Below, piece by piece: positions 16,424 to 27,800 of a stretch of DNA of 32,000 nucleotides. Origin of the DNA: Geotalea uraniireducens Rf4 (lineage in GTDB: Bacteria > Desulfobacterota > Desulfuromonadia > Geobacterales > Geobacteraceae); contig NC_009483.1 of NCBI RefSeq assembly GCF_000016745.1, positions 3,570,001 through 3,602,000 of the forward strand, in the 5' to 3' direction. The notes beneath the pieces are model-generated. The model made no database searches and was not told where the DNA came from. It saw only the letters and a program-made list of their open reading frames with translations. Both the position numbers and the translations under genes were made by a program. Position 1 is the first letter of the stretch. Each line of letters starts with the position of its first letter.

Positions 16424-19400
16424 CTAAATCGTCCCGACAATGTTGATGAACACCCCCTGATGCCGGTAACTCAGGTCGGTCAGGTCGTCGGAGAAATCGC
16501 TGAAGTTGTAGCCGGCGCCAACCTTGACGTGGTCGCCCAGATGGCGGTAGAGTCCCAGCAGCACGCCGCTGCGCCGATCGTGGGCATCGGGCAGGTCGAG
16601 CATGCGCCCTTCGACCAGCCCATCCCACTTGTGGAGGAAATGCCAGTCGGCACGCACCACATACAGGTGGGCACGGCTGTCGAAGTACTCTGGATCGACC
16701 CGGTCCATGCTTACCTGCCCGAGCCGGTAAGCGTACTTTCCCCCCACGGTCCAGCGTGGCGTCAGATCGTACATGACATCGACCGACGCGATGTGACTGC
16801 GCTGAAGAACGCCGGCCGAAGTAAAGGTGCCGTTGATCTGTTGCGCTGCCGGCACATTGTAGAAAAAGGTATACTTGAACAGGGCGTTGAGCCGGTCATT
16901 GTTGACAGGACGGTAGGCATAGCCCACCACCGCCTCGGTATAACTGCCGTCGTAGAACTGGCCCTGGGAACTCGTGCTCTGGGAATAGTCGAATTTGCCG
17001 ATGAGCCGCCAGTCCGGGGTCAACTGATATTTGAAGCTGTTTTTCAGGAGCCACGTGGTGCGTTCGACGGTGCTGGTGTCCGGCTGCTCCGAATCATCCA
17101 CCCGAAATTCCAGGGCGCTGGTTATCTTCAGTTTTGCGAATCCGTAACCGGCATTCACTCCCACCGCCGTTCTCTTGATCTTGGCACCGGTCAGATTGTC
17201 CTGCAGGGTGCCGAATTCCGTTTTGGCCCCGAGATTGAGACGATCGGTGGGTGCCAGATCGACGCCGTAGGAATGCATGAGACCGGTGGGGACATCGCCA
17301 TGGGTATAGCGCTCTTCCCCGTAGACACTGGCGCTGTCCGAGTAGCGGGTGCGAAACCCTGAAGTCAGGGTGCCCTTATTGGCCTGTACGCCGTTGTCCG
17401 TGCGCTCGTTCTCCAGGGCATAATTAAGGTAGATCGTAGTCCGGTCGCTGTAGAGATACTCGGTGCCGAGCCGGCCGGCCGTGCCGAGATTCCCCTCGGA
17501 GATCTCGCCGTTCAGCTTGAAACGGCCGGTCACGCGATAAGCGCCGCCAACTCCGATCCGGTCGTTCTCTTCGCGATTGCCGGTGGTCTGAACCGACTTC
17601 TGCGCAAAAAGGTAGCTGTTCCATCGCGCCTTGGAATCATACAGCACCTTGCCCACCACATCGGTGCGGTCCCCCTCTTCCTGGGTCAGGGGAACCACCG
17701 GCGAATGGTCTTCGCGGCTGTCCCGGCGCGCTCCCAGACTGAGCGTCCAGTGCTCGTTCATCTGGTAATTGGCATTCAGCTCAGCAGACTGTGTGTCAAG
17801 CCCCTTGTCAACGGTCCGCTTGTCGGCCTTAAGATGCAGCCCCAGACGGTCGGTAACGGGCAGTTCCGCCGTGCCACCGATTTGAGAGGTGTCCTGATCC
17901 GCGACCTGGCCGGGCGCTGAATAACCCGCCCCCAGTACCTGGTTGTATAAGGTGAACCGGCCCCGCCAATTTTTGTTGAAATCCTGCAAGCCGGCGCTGA
18001 CATCGACCCGGTAGGCCGTGGCAGCCGTACGGGGATCAGCGGGGGTTTGGATGGTGCTATGATTGAAGCCGCCATCCAGCGAGTTCGTGGTGAAGAGATC
18101 CGACCCCTTGCTACGGCCGGTTTCGAGCTTGACCCAGGTATTGGCTGATTTGCGGACGGTCACGTCCGCCCCGACCAGACTCTCATCATTTCCCCCGTCA
18201 TTGCCCTGGTTGCCGGTCACGCCGACCTTGACATAGTCGCCGATCCAGTAATGGGCCCTGCCGCCAAAGGTCATCGCATCCAGGTCCTCGACCCCGGGGG
18301 TGAATTCGTAACGGACCACCAGAAAGACGGGATTGCCGCCGGTCGAGTCGCTGTGCACCAGAAGATTGTCGGCCGCCGTCGAGTCGAGGGGCTGGGTCAA
18401 GAGCAGTCGCCCCTGCAGGTAGTCCACATCGTAATCGAGAACCGGGGTCAGGTTCTTCACCCCAAGCACGATGCCTGAATCCTTGTCGCGGACCTCGATG
18501 CGCACCCGTTCCGACCCTTGCAGGATGTCCTGCCGGCGCAGGAAGTAAAGGGAGCCGCCGGTCCCCCGAAACTCATCGCGGCCCGCCACCGTCCCCGGAT
18601 CGGCGGCAAAACCGTCGACCATGAAGCGCTTCTCGCCGAAACTGGTGACGCCGGGGGGCTGATAATGGAGGTTTCCGCCGTAAAGCCCCCGGTCCACATG
18701 CGCCAGGTCGTTATCGGTATAGCCGACCCTGAAATTACCCCAGAGGCCGTAGCTGTCATCTTTTTTCAGCTTGACATAGAACTTGCCGCTGGTCGGCGCA
18801 TCTTCCACCACCGTGCTGTCATCGCCATAGGTCGGGAAATGGTAATCGGGGTCAATACGCCGGAACAGCGCCTGGGGCGACTTCTCCAGGAAGTTGCTGA
18901 AGATCTCGTCCAATGGCCCTTCGCGCGTATCGGCGCTGGCAGTCAGCCCCCAGCCGTTGCCGAACTGGCCTTTCGTGTAGAAGGCAAGCCGTCCCTGGGC
19001 ATCAAAGTCGTTGCTGTACTGCGGCTTGTCCGGAGCAAGCAGCTTGGCAGGGCCGCTGGTCTTGTTGGCCGACAGGGTCAGGTCAGCGATGCCCACCGTG
19101 AACCAGTCGTTCTTCTTCAGGGCCAGATCGCGCAGAAAGAGTTGGCCGTTGCCGGACTTGTCGAGCACGGCAACCTCAACGGTATGCATTCCCTTCGGCA
19201 GGATTTCCTCGGCGATAAAACGGCCCTTGCCATCCACCGGCCCCGGGTATCCGGCCAGCCAGACGCGGTGTTCGGCCGGAATCGCGCTGCCGTATGCCTG
19301 AACGGTCCCGCCGCTGAGCGGAATGTTCCTCTGCGCGATGCGGCTTCCGCCGTATCCGGCCAGCAGTTCCGTGCCCGTGTCCGCCTTGGCGACGGACGGA

Positions 19401-21544
19401 TCGATCTGATCGATCACCCACAACGGTTGGGGCGTGGTCTCGTCGAAGTTGCCGTTGGCATCGTAAACGCGGACCAGATATTTAAGCTCCCGGACCGGGG
19501 CCGAAAAAGATTCGAAACCGGCCCGCCATTCCGCCATCCCTTCGCCATTCATGGGGATGACGGCCACGGCGGTGTCGTTGACGGACCGGGCCTCGTCGAA
19601 GACCCTGACCTCCGCCCGCTTGATGAAGCTGTGGTAGTTGGTGTAGAGGCGGAAGCGGACCAGGTTCTCGGCAAACTCGGTCTCGGTCAGGTCCTGATAG
19701 CGGATGCTGCGCGGCCAGGCGGTCACGTTCAGCCGGGGCTCCGTCCTGAGGTTGTCGTACTTGAACTCAATCTGTGCCCGATCGAGGGCCACGTCGGTGC
19801 AGCGCTGCACGTCCGGGATGCTCTTGTTCGGGTCGTCGACCTGCCTGCCGTCGACCGAGATCCGCATGAGATTGAGGGCGAAGGGGTTGGCCGTGTTCAC
19901 CTCGCGGGACATGCGGACGATGTCCACCCCCTCGTAGTCATTGAGGGCGACAAGCTCGTCATAGATGATCTGCACCTCGACCCGCGAGACAGCCGACTCG
20001 GTGAATCCGGTATTGACCACGTCGCTGGACTGGACATAGCCCCGGCCTTCGAACTCCGCCTGTTTCCCGCCCGGTCCCATCTTCTCGCTCACCGCGGTCA
20101 TGGCCCGGCGGGCGCGCGCCGTGGACCAGCCGATATCGTCGCCGTAGATCGCGGCGGTGCGCCGGTCGAGCCGCTCGTTGCTGATATAGCCGACAAAGCG
20201 CAGGCGGACGTTCGTCCTCTCCTTGATCTCGTCCATAAGCTGCCGCAACCGTTCGGTATAGCCGTCGTGCAGAGACGGGTTCCCGTTCTGGAACAGGATC
20301 GGAGCAATCGCGCCCGACGGCGGGTCGTAGACCCTGGTGACCGTTTCGGCGCCCGCATCCTCCGGACAGAGCTGCGGCTCATCGGGCAGCTCCTGAAGCG
20401 GATCGTCGTGCCAGAACTCGACCTCAACGCGCCGGTTCATGGCCCTCCCCTGGGTTGTGTCGTTGGAGGCCACGGGCTGCGAAGCTCCCTTGCCGTCGCT
20501 TTCGACCGCAACATTGGCCTCCTTCAGGCCGTCGTGGACGGCAAGGGCAACGCGCCGGGCCACCGCCTTCGACAGCCCAGCCTGGTCGCCATAGATACGC
20601 TCGTCGCGCCCTTCCAGCGGGGCATTGTCGCTATAGGCGATGAACTTGACGACAATATTCTCCTTGCCGCGCAGATTGATCAGCGCCTGCCTGATCTGTT
20701 GCAGGAACTCTTCCGGCACGGTCACCATGGCCGCGTCGTAGTGCATGGGCGCGATCAGGTTCTTGACACGGACGCGATGGGAATGGCCTTCCTTGTAACG
20801 CATCTTGCAGACCGTCTCGGTGCGGCAGACCTTGACGCGGTTCACCTGCCGGGAAACGATCACGTCCTTTTCCACCATCTTTTCGCCGATCTCGTCATAC
20901 CAGACCTCAACCTCCACCCGCCGGTTGAGCGCCCGGCCGTCCTCGGTGGCATTGCCGGCGACCGGCTTGCTCTCCCCCACCCCTTCATAGGAGATGGCTT
21001 CCGGAGGAAGACCGAGGGCGCGCTGGCAATATTCGGCGGTGGTGCCCGCCCGTTCCCGGGACAGGCCGGTATTGTCGCCGTATTTCGCTTTCAGGGGATC
21101 GCTGAGCGACTGGGGGTCGGCGTGGCCGACAAAGTGAAGACGCACATTGAGGCGGCCGCGCATCTTTTCGAGCACGCCCCGCAGAAGCGCCACATACTCG
21201 TCGGGAATGTCGGCCTCACCGGTGCGGAAACGGATAGGGGGGACCACATTCGCCAGTTTGATCGTCTTCACTTCCTTTTCAGCGACCCGGCGTTTTTCCG
21301 TGCGGTCCCCCTGATCCTCCGCAAAAACGGACGGATCAAGAAGCCACGGAGTGAGGGCCTGGTCCTTAGGCAGGTGCGTTTCGGTCGTTTCGCCGCTGGC
21401 AGCAGCCTCTCTCGTTCCCGCGGCCGTTTTCACGGTCTCCGCAGGTGCAGTTTCGGCGCAGACGACGGTCTTCGCTCCGGCTACCGACACAAGAAAGAAA
21501 AATATAAGGACGATACAGCGCTTCACCATTGCTCCCATCTGCAT
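16424..21544 (-). CDS. giant outer-membrane protein: signal peptide, three OmpA_C-like domains, Ig/CarboxypepD_reg-like middle, C-terminal beta-barrel-like region
   Basis: 1706-aa ORF. Signal peptide-like MVKRCIVLIFFFLVSVAGA. Three OmpA-like modules each end in NRRVEVE(V/F)W or SRVEVQIIY (~nt 19940-21250). The last ~700 aa show alternating-hydrophobic, aromatic-rich strand periodicity. The exact start is ambiguous (ATG 21544, 21538 or 21529). Confidence 0.85.
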   Translation of the reverse strand: MQMGAMVKRCIVLIFFFLVSVAGAKTVVCAETAPAETVKTAAGTREAAASGETTETHLPKDQALTPWLLDPSVFAEDQGDRTEKRRVAEKEVKTIKLANVVPPIRFRTGEADIPDEYVALLRGVLEKMRGRLNVRLHFVGHADPQSLSDPLKAKYGDNTGLSRERAGTTAEYCQRALGLPPEAISYEGVGESKPVAGNATEDGRALNRRVEVEVWYDEIGEKMVEKDVIVSRQVNRVKVCRTETVCKMRYKEGHSHRVRVKNLIAPMHYDAAMVTVPEEFLQQIRQALINLRGKENIVVKFIAYSDNAPLEGRDERIYGDQAGLSKAVARRVALAVHDGLKEANVAVESDGKGASQPVASNDTTQGRAMNRRVEVEFWHDDPLQELPDEPQLCPEDAGAETVTRVYDPPSGAIAPILFQNGNPSLHDGYTERLRQLMDEIKERTNVRLRFVGYISNERLDRRTAAIYGDDIGWSTARARRAMTAVSEKMGPGGKQAEFEGRGYVQSSDVVNTGFTESAVSRVEVQIIYDELVALNDYEGVDIVRMSREVNTANPFALNLMRISVDGRQVDDPNKSIPDVQRCTDVALDRAQIEFKYDNLRTEPRLNVTAWPRSIRYQDLTETEFAENLVRFRLYTNYHSFIKRAEVRVFDEARSVNDTAVAVIPMNGEGMAEWRAGFESFSAPVRELKYLVRVYDANGNFDETTPQPLWVIDQIDPSVAKADTGTELLAGYGGSRIAQRNIPLSGGTVQAYGSAIPAEHRVWLAGYPGPVDGKGRFIAEEILPKGMHTVEVAVLDKSGNGQLFLRDLALKKNDWFTVGIADLTLSANKTSGPAKLLAPDKPQYSNDFDAQGRLAFYTKGQFGNGWGLTASADTREGPLDEIFSNFLEKSPQALFRRIDPDYHFPTYGDDSTVVEDAPTSGKFYVKLKKDDSYGLWGNFRVGYTDNDLAHVDRGLYGGNLHYQPPGVTSFGEKRFMVDGFAADPGTVAGRDEFRGTGGSLYFLRRQDILQGSERVRIEVRDKDSGIVLGVKNLTPVLDYDVDYLQGRLLLTQPLDSTAADNLLVHSDSTGGNPVFLVVRYEFTPGVEDLDAMTFGGRAHYWIGDYVKVGVTGNQGNDGGNDESLVGADVTVRKSANTWVKLETGRSKGSDLFTTNSLDGGFNHSTIQTPADPRTAATAYRVDVSAGLQDFNKNWRGRFTLYNQVLGAGYSAPGQVADQDTSQIGGTAELPVTDRLGLHLKADKRTVDKGLDTQSAELNANYQMNEHWTLSLGARRDSREDHSPVVPLTQEEGDRTDVVGKVLYDSKARWNSYLFAQKSVQTTGNREENDRIGVGGAYRVTGRFKLNGEISEGNLGTAGRLGTEYLYSDRTTIYLNYALENERTDNGVQANKGTLTSGFRTRYSDSASVYGEERYTHGDVPTGLMHSYGVDLAPTDRLNLGAKTEFGTLQDNLTGAKIKRTAVGVNAGYGFAKLKITSALEFRVDDSEQPDTSTVERTTWLLKNSFKYQLTPDWRLIGKFDYSQSTSSQGQFYDGSYTEAVVGYAYRPVNNDRLNALFKYTFFYNVPAAQQINGTFTSAGVLQRSHIASVDVMYDLTPRWTVGGKYAYRLGQVSMDRVDPEYFDSRAHLYVVRADWHFLHKWDGLVEGRMLDLPDAHDRRSGVLLGLYRHLGDHVKVGAGYNFSDFSDDLTDLSYRHQGVFINIVGTI

Positions 21545-21694
21545 TAAGAGGCCATTATCCGTTCGGGGTTGCCCAATGCCCGCCCCGACATCTCATGCTG
21601 AACAACCGGATAATCTTCGAGCCACAATGTACACAGGGAGACAGGATCGTTTTTGTGACTTACTGCTACTTTGTCATGCTTGCTTCAACAACCC

Positions 21695-21811
21695 CATAAC
21701 CCCTCCTGTCCTCTTTAGGCCCTTTGGGTCCCCTTAAACTAAGGGGAGGAACGTTATTCAACCGACAGAGCTTCTCCCCCTCTTAAGTTAAGAGGGGGGG
21801 GGGGAGTTATG
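21695..21811. repeat. REP-like double-hairpin intergenic element, copy C (first hairpin interrupted)
   Basis: cataacccctcctgtcct, then CCTC[tttaggccctttgggt]CCCCTTAaacTAAGGGGAGG, then CCCCCTCTTAAgTTAAGAGGGGG, then ggggggagttatg. Lies between the 2853-aa stop and the 1706-aa start. Confidence 0.8.
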
Positions 21812-21831
21812 TCAGCAAATGTTGTTTCACA

Positions 21832-24800
21832 TCACGGCGGCGACCCACGGCGCCAGAAGACCTCGGTTTCGATGGTGAGCGGGTATCCGCCGTCCCATTT
21901 TCCGGTGATCTCCTTCTTCAGCGCCTTGAGGCGGTCCTCTGCCACCCCTCTGTTCTCGGTGTCCGCCAGATACGACAACCGCAGCACCGAGGGGGCTTTC
22001 CGCAATTCTTTCAGCAAGAGACCGATCCTCGGCTGCCACTGCATCCGCAGCTTCGTGCTCTTCGGTTCGAACACCCCATCGGCGATGTCCAGTGACACCA
22101 CGTGGTGGATGGTTGCGCCGAAGTTGAAACGGAGCATCTTGCCGCGCGTGGCGCGCTCCACCAGCGGGTTTTCACTGGTCACCCGATAGCCGGTGGGGAG
22201 GGTGCGGTCGTCCAGCTTGAGGATAAAGTTGCTGCCGCGGTCCTCGTCCGGGACCACTCCGCAGGTGATATGGAACCGTCCGAACTCGTCGGTGGTGGCG
22301 ATCAGACCGCGGGGGGTCACGACGCGTGCGCCGGGCACCCCTTTTTCACCGGGATCGGGATATCCGTTGGCGTTGGCATCGTCGAAGACCTTGCCGATGA
22401 TGTCGGTGCAGTCGAAGTCAGGATCGGGTGTCACGCGCACGGTCGCAGTGGCAACTCCGGAGGCAACGCTGTCAGTGGCATTATCCATCACCTGGGCGCG
22501 GTTCACATACTCGCCCTCGGAAACCCCGGAACCGACAATCATCAGGAAAGTGATGGTGTGATTCGTATTGCTGCTGAGTTGAGAAATGCTCCAGATCAGC
22601 TGACGCATGTTCATCACCGGCTCGATCTTCTGCCCATCCATGCGGGCCGAACCTGCCACGTACTTGAATCCGAGCGGGAAGGTATCGACCACGCTCAGGT
22701 TCCGCAATGCAACTCCCAGTGTGTTGTTGAGGGTGATCGTGTAGGGGACCAACTGACCGCGCGTCACGTTGACGAGCGCTGCGGTTTTCGTGATTGCGAT
22801 CGCCGTGTTGAGCGTCGGATCGATAGCGACGTGGTTGTTGTAGATCTGGCTGTATCCCGGCTGAACGTTATCCAGCGTGAGATGAAGGTAGTGCGCCGTG
22901 CCCGTCCCCGCCGGCACCGAGACGGCCGGCGCAAGGCTCAATGCCTGCGCTTCGCAATAATTCGGCGTGCCCGGCACCGCATCCGCCGGAGTGCCGGGGC
23001 AAGCCGGGACAGAGAACGACGCCGTAGTGCTGCTGGAAGTCGGCGGGACCAGTTTCGACACGCCGACCATGTAGCCCGAGGCCGGCGGCGTGACCTGGAT
23101 CAGGTATTCCCCGCCGGAGGGACAGGAAGGATCGCTGAAGTTCAGGTCGAATTTATAATAGCCGCTGCTCTGCGTGACCTGGCCCTGCTGCGCCGGATCG
23201 TTGAAACAGCTGCCGGCCAGCGGCGTCTTGCTTGATGCCTGAACCATGATCAGCGTCGCGCCCGCTATCGGCGTACGCATGATCGAGTTATACACCACGC
23301 CGTTGGGGGTCAACGGAAGGTTCAGATCCTGCAGAACGCCGCCTGCGCCCACGATGATGCTGGAAATGCGCTGCATGCCGTTGGTGAAGGGAGAATTGCA
23401 CCAACCCAGCATTGCCGTATTCGCACCCGCACCCGGCGCGCGGAAGCGTAGCTCGTACTGGATCGTGGTTCCGGCGTTCGGCGTGACGCCGCTGAAATGG
23501 TAGGAGCCGTCGGCGTCGGTATTTACCGTGCCCACCAGACCCCCATTTTCGTACAAATCCACGGCCCAGTTGGCGGACGTCAGCTCGCCGCTGTCGAGCG
23601 AGTTGTCATAATTCCCATCCTGCCAAACCGAGCCGTTCAGGCTCCCGCTGCCCGGCATGCCGCCGACAGTAACGGAGGTGCTTGCATTTGCGGTCTGGCT
23701 GGGCGAATTCCAGCTGGCCTGGGCGGTGTTGGTAACAACGCTCCCGGTCGCCAAGGTAGCGTTCAACTTGACACGGAACCGCACGACAACGGACCCGCCC
23801 GGGCTAAGCGTGCCGTAGGAGGCGCCGTAATTCGCGCCATAATTGGCGGAAACCACCGGTGAGGTGAAGCTCACACCGCTCCCGGAACCGTTCATCGTCG
23901 CAGAATTGGCGACATAGGTAGCCTGATTCAAGAGGGGGGTCAGGTCATCGATTATCACCACGTTCGTGGCCGGGACCGTGCCGATGTTGGTGGCCTGGAC
24001 GGTGTATTCCAGCACGCTCCCCGGCAGTGCGGCGCCGCCGCCAACCACCACCGCGGACTTGGTGATGGAGAGCTGTTGCGCGTTCCCTACCGCGATAACG
24101 GTCGGCTGGTAGCCATTGGTCGGATTGCCGTCCGAATCGGTCAAGAGCGGCGGCAATTGCGCGGTCGCCACGCTTCCCTGATTGCTGATGATGGTCCCGG
24201 TCACGACGCCCGAGTTGACCTGCACCTTGAAGGTTACGACACCGGTGCCGCCTGCAGCCAGGATCCCTCCGCTTACCCCCATCCCATTGGTGAGCGGCGA
24301 TATGCCGGTGCCGGGATCCGCCACCGCCGCGCCGTTCATCTGCACCGAGTTCGCCACATAGGTGGTGTTGGCGGGAATCGCGTCGGTCAATACCACGCCC
24401 GTCGCAGGAGTCGCCCCCGAGTTGATCACGTTGATGGTGTACTGAAGCGTGTCGCCCGGGTCAACGAGACCGTTGCCATTGACGTCCCCGGCGAGCTGAA
24501 CTGTCTTCAGGGCGTAGACCAACGGCAAATTGCCCACAACAACCGTGGTCGGATCGTTTTGCACAGGCGTCGCAGGGTTGTCGGAGGGTTGTTCGGGGAA
24601 GGGCCCGCTCGCAGCTCCGGAACCATCCACAAAACCCTGGTTGGAGATGAGGGTGCCGGCCACAACGTTCCTGCTGATTTGGACCTGGAATGTGACAGTG
24701 GCGACGTTGGTCGTCGTCGTGCCCGCATTCGCGGGCATTGCACCCGCCGTCGGATTCGCGGGGGAGTTGATCGACAGGCCGTTCTCCAGCGCACTGACCC

Positions 24801-27800
24801 CCGCGCCGGGGTCCGCAACAGCCGCCCCGTTCAGCGTAGTGCTGTTGGCCACATAGGTCGTATTGGGCGGGATCAGATCCCGCAGCGTCCCCCCCGTCGC
24901 GTTCTCGGTGCCGATGTTTTTCACCGTGATGGTGTAGGCCAGGGTGTCCCCCGCCATGACGGTGGCAGTGCCTGAGGTAATATCCTGCACCGTCTTCAGG
25001 ACCTGGAAAGTCGGCGCCGACGTGATGAGCGTCCGGGTCGGATTGGCGGTCCCCGTGACGGACGGATCGTCGCTTAACTGCGTCGGCAACAGGGGGGAGC
25101 CGATCTGCGCCTGGTTCAGGACCAGGGAACCGCTGTTGATCACCGGCGCCAGGGTGACCTGGAACTGAATGACCAGCGTGTCGCCCGTCTCCCCCTGGGG
25201 AGCGACGCTCAGATTGCCGATACTCACCAGACCCGTGCCTTTGGTCCCGCCCGTCGCCGAGGTCAGTGAGGTATTCGCGCCTGCCGGAACGGTGATGAGC
25301 TTCAGGGTCCCCGGCACGAACATGGGGGGTGTATTCAGCTTGTCGAGATCGTCGGTCAACGTGAAGTTCGACGCTGGCAGCGAGCCGACGTTCTGAATCC
25401 TGAGCGTGTATTGCAGCGTCTCACCGGGCTTGGCGTTGGCGCCGGACTGACCGGTGGTCACGTTCTGGACGGTCTTGGTAAAGGTCAGCAATGGCGCCTG
25501 GGTGGTAAGAGTGAAGGCGTCCTGATTATCCAGTACGCCGAGTGTGCCGTTGGTCAACGGGAAGGTCGAGGTCTGGATGTTGCCCGGTGCGGTGACGGCC
25601 GGATCGGCGCTCAACCACTGGGTGGCGCCCGCAACGTTGGTCAGGGTAATACCCCCGGCCGTATAGGGATCGAGCGAGGCGCTGTAGGTGACGATCAGTC
25701 GATCCGTCGGCGGAATTGCTGTCGCGGACGACTTCATCGCAACCGTGAAGGTACAGGCAGGCGCACCCGCAAAGCTGACGGTAAAGTCCGTGCCGCTTGA
25801 GAGCGGTGCGGAGACAGGCGTAACCCCGTCGGCCTGGTAGATCCGTGCCGTGACATTGGTCGGCGCGGAGCCGCACATGCTCCCCGGAGATGGAGTGGTC
25901 ACCTTCGGAAGGAAGTCCGCGAGGGTCGTCTGCCACGCCGTGCTGCCGCCGGTGTTCTGCACATTCAAGGTAAAGGTGCCGGGTGCAAGGGCAGTCATCG
26001 TGCTCGGACCGCTCTTCTGCATGGTCAGAGCGGGGCCGACGATGGTGATCGCGGGGCTTGCGCCCGGAGCGCCATTTGCCTGCGTGCTCGCAGTGTTATC
26101 GATACTGTCGTAGGTGTAGGTCGCTGTGTTCTGGAACTGCTTCCCCATGGCATTGTTGGCGGTATTGCCAAGCACCACCGTGACATTGACGACGATCTGC
26201 TGGCCGGCAGGGATGTCGATGCCGTTTGTGGTGTCCTGAATCACCAGATTCGTGGCAGTGCCGGTATTCACCGGCGTAAAGGCCGGGCCGGACACCCGTT
26301 GGACGCTGACAAAACTCATGTCCACGCCGGTAACGGAAGAGCTCAGATTGTCCAGGATGCGCACGTCGTACATGGCCGTGGCCTGCGGCACAGCCGGAAC
26401 CGTGATGCTATAGGTGAAGGGCTGGCCGATGGCGGCCTTCGTTACTAAAGCCTGCTTCGACAGCGCCGTCGCCGCTGCGGTGGTCAGCTGGACAGTGGCT
26501 GTGCTGGTTGGACCGTAAACCTGTCGATTGGTAACTTGGCTTCCGGCCGGCACGTCCTGGCTGTCGAAGGAGTAGTACGTCGTGACCTGCGCCTGGTTGT
26601 TCAGAGTCATCCCTGCGCCGAGACCGGTGTCGGCCTTGACCTGATAGATCACCTGCAGGGTCTGGCCAGGCGGGATCGCGTAGAGATCGGGGGAACCGGA
26701 AACATCGAAATTCCAGGTCGCGACACCGGTGGCTGAACCATACGCCGGGGAAAGCCCGGGGAGCGTCGCCGTCACCGCATTGGTCGCGGTGTTGACCAGG
26801 GTGATGCTGGTGGTGGTGACACCTGTCTGGCGCAACCCCACCGGCAGCGCATCGGTCAAGACAGTGTTATAGGCAGGCGCTGCGCCGCTGTTGGCAATCT
26901 TGACGGTATACGTAATGAGCTCGCCAGCGGTGATGACGGTGCCGCCGTTCGCCGTTGCCGCGCTTTTGGACACGTTCAGCATCGGCTGCCAGAGATTGAT
27001 GGTCGCGCCGGCGGTCTTCGGCGTCGCGGCAATACCGTTAATGGCGTAGCTGAGCGTGGCATTGTTGGTCAGCTGCTGCGCCGTGGGCGACTGTGCCAGC
27101 GTGTTCTTCACCACGTGTGCGCGGTATTGAATGATTAAGGTATTGTTAGCGGGGTTGTTGTCGACGGCGTTGGTGATGTTACCCAGGGTCCAGGTCAGGG
27201 TGCCGGTAGCGCCTGGCGCAGGCTGGGAGGCCACGGTGTAAGTAAAGTTGCTGCTACCGGTCGCAGGGGTGATGCTCACCACACTGTCGAGGGCCAGCCC
27301 CGTGGGGAGTTGGTCGGTGACCACCACATTCTGGGTCACCCCTTCGCGCAGGGTCAGAGCGAGACTGTAAACGACCGTGTCGCCGATGCGCAGGGTCGAG
27401 TCGGTGCCGGTGCTTGGTGCGATAGTCCAGGAGTCGGAGACCACCGATTTGGCGAGGGTGGTCGGATCGAGCGAGGTGACAGAGGCAGAGGCCGGACCGG
27501 TGCAATAGTTGTTCTGCGAGGTCACATTCGGGCAACCGGCGCCGGTGCGCTCCCCCGTGATTGCGCCGGAGAGCGAGCTCCAGTCCACATAGACGCTGTT
27601 GGTGATCGGCGCGCCGCTGGTTTCCACCACACCCACGTTGTAGGTCAGCATCAGTGTCCCGCCAGCCGGGATGTCCAGACTGGTGTCGCCATTCTGGCTG
27701 CCCCAATCCACGGCGCTGCTGGCCAGGACCCTGGGAGTCGTTATAAACCCGCTGACCGGAACGCCGTTGATCTGCGCTGTGGCCGAGCCAGGGACCAGCG

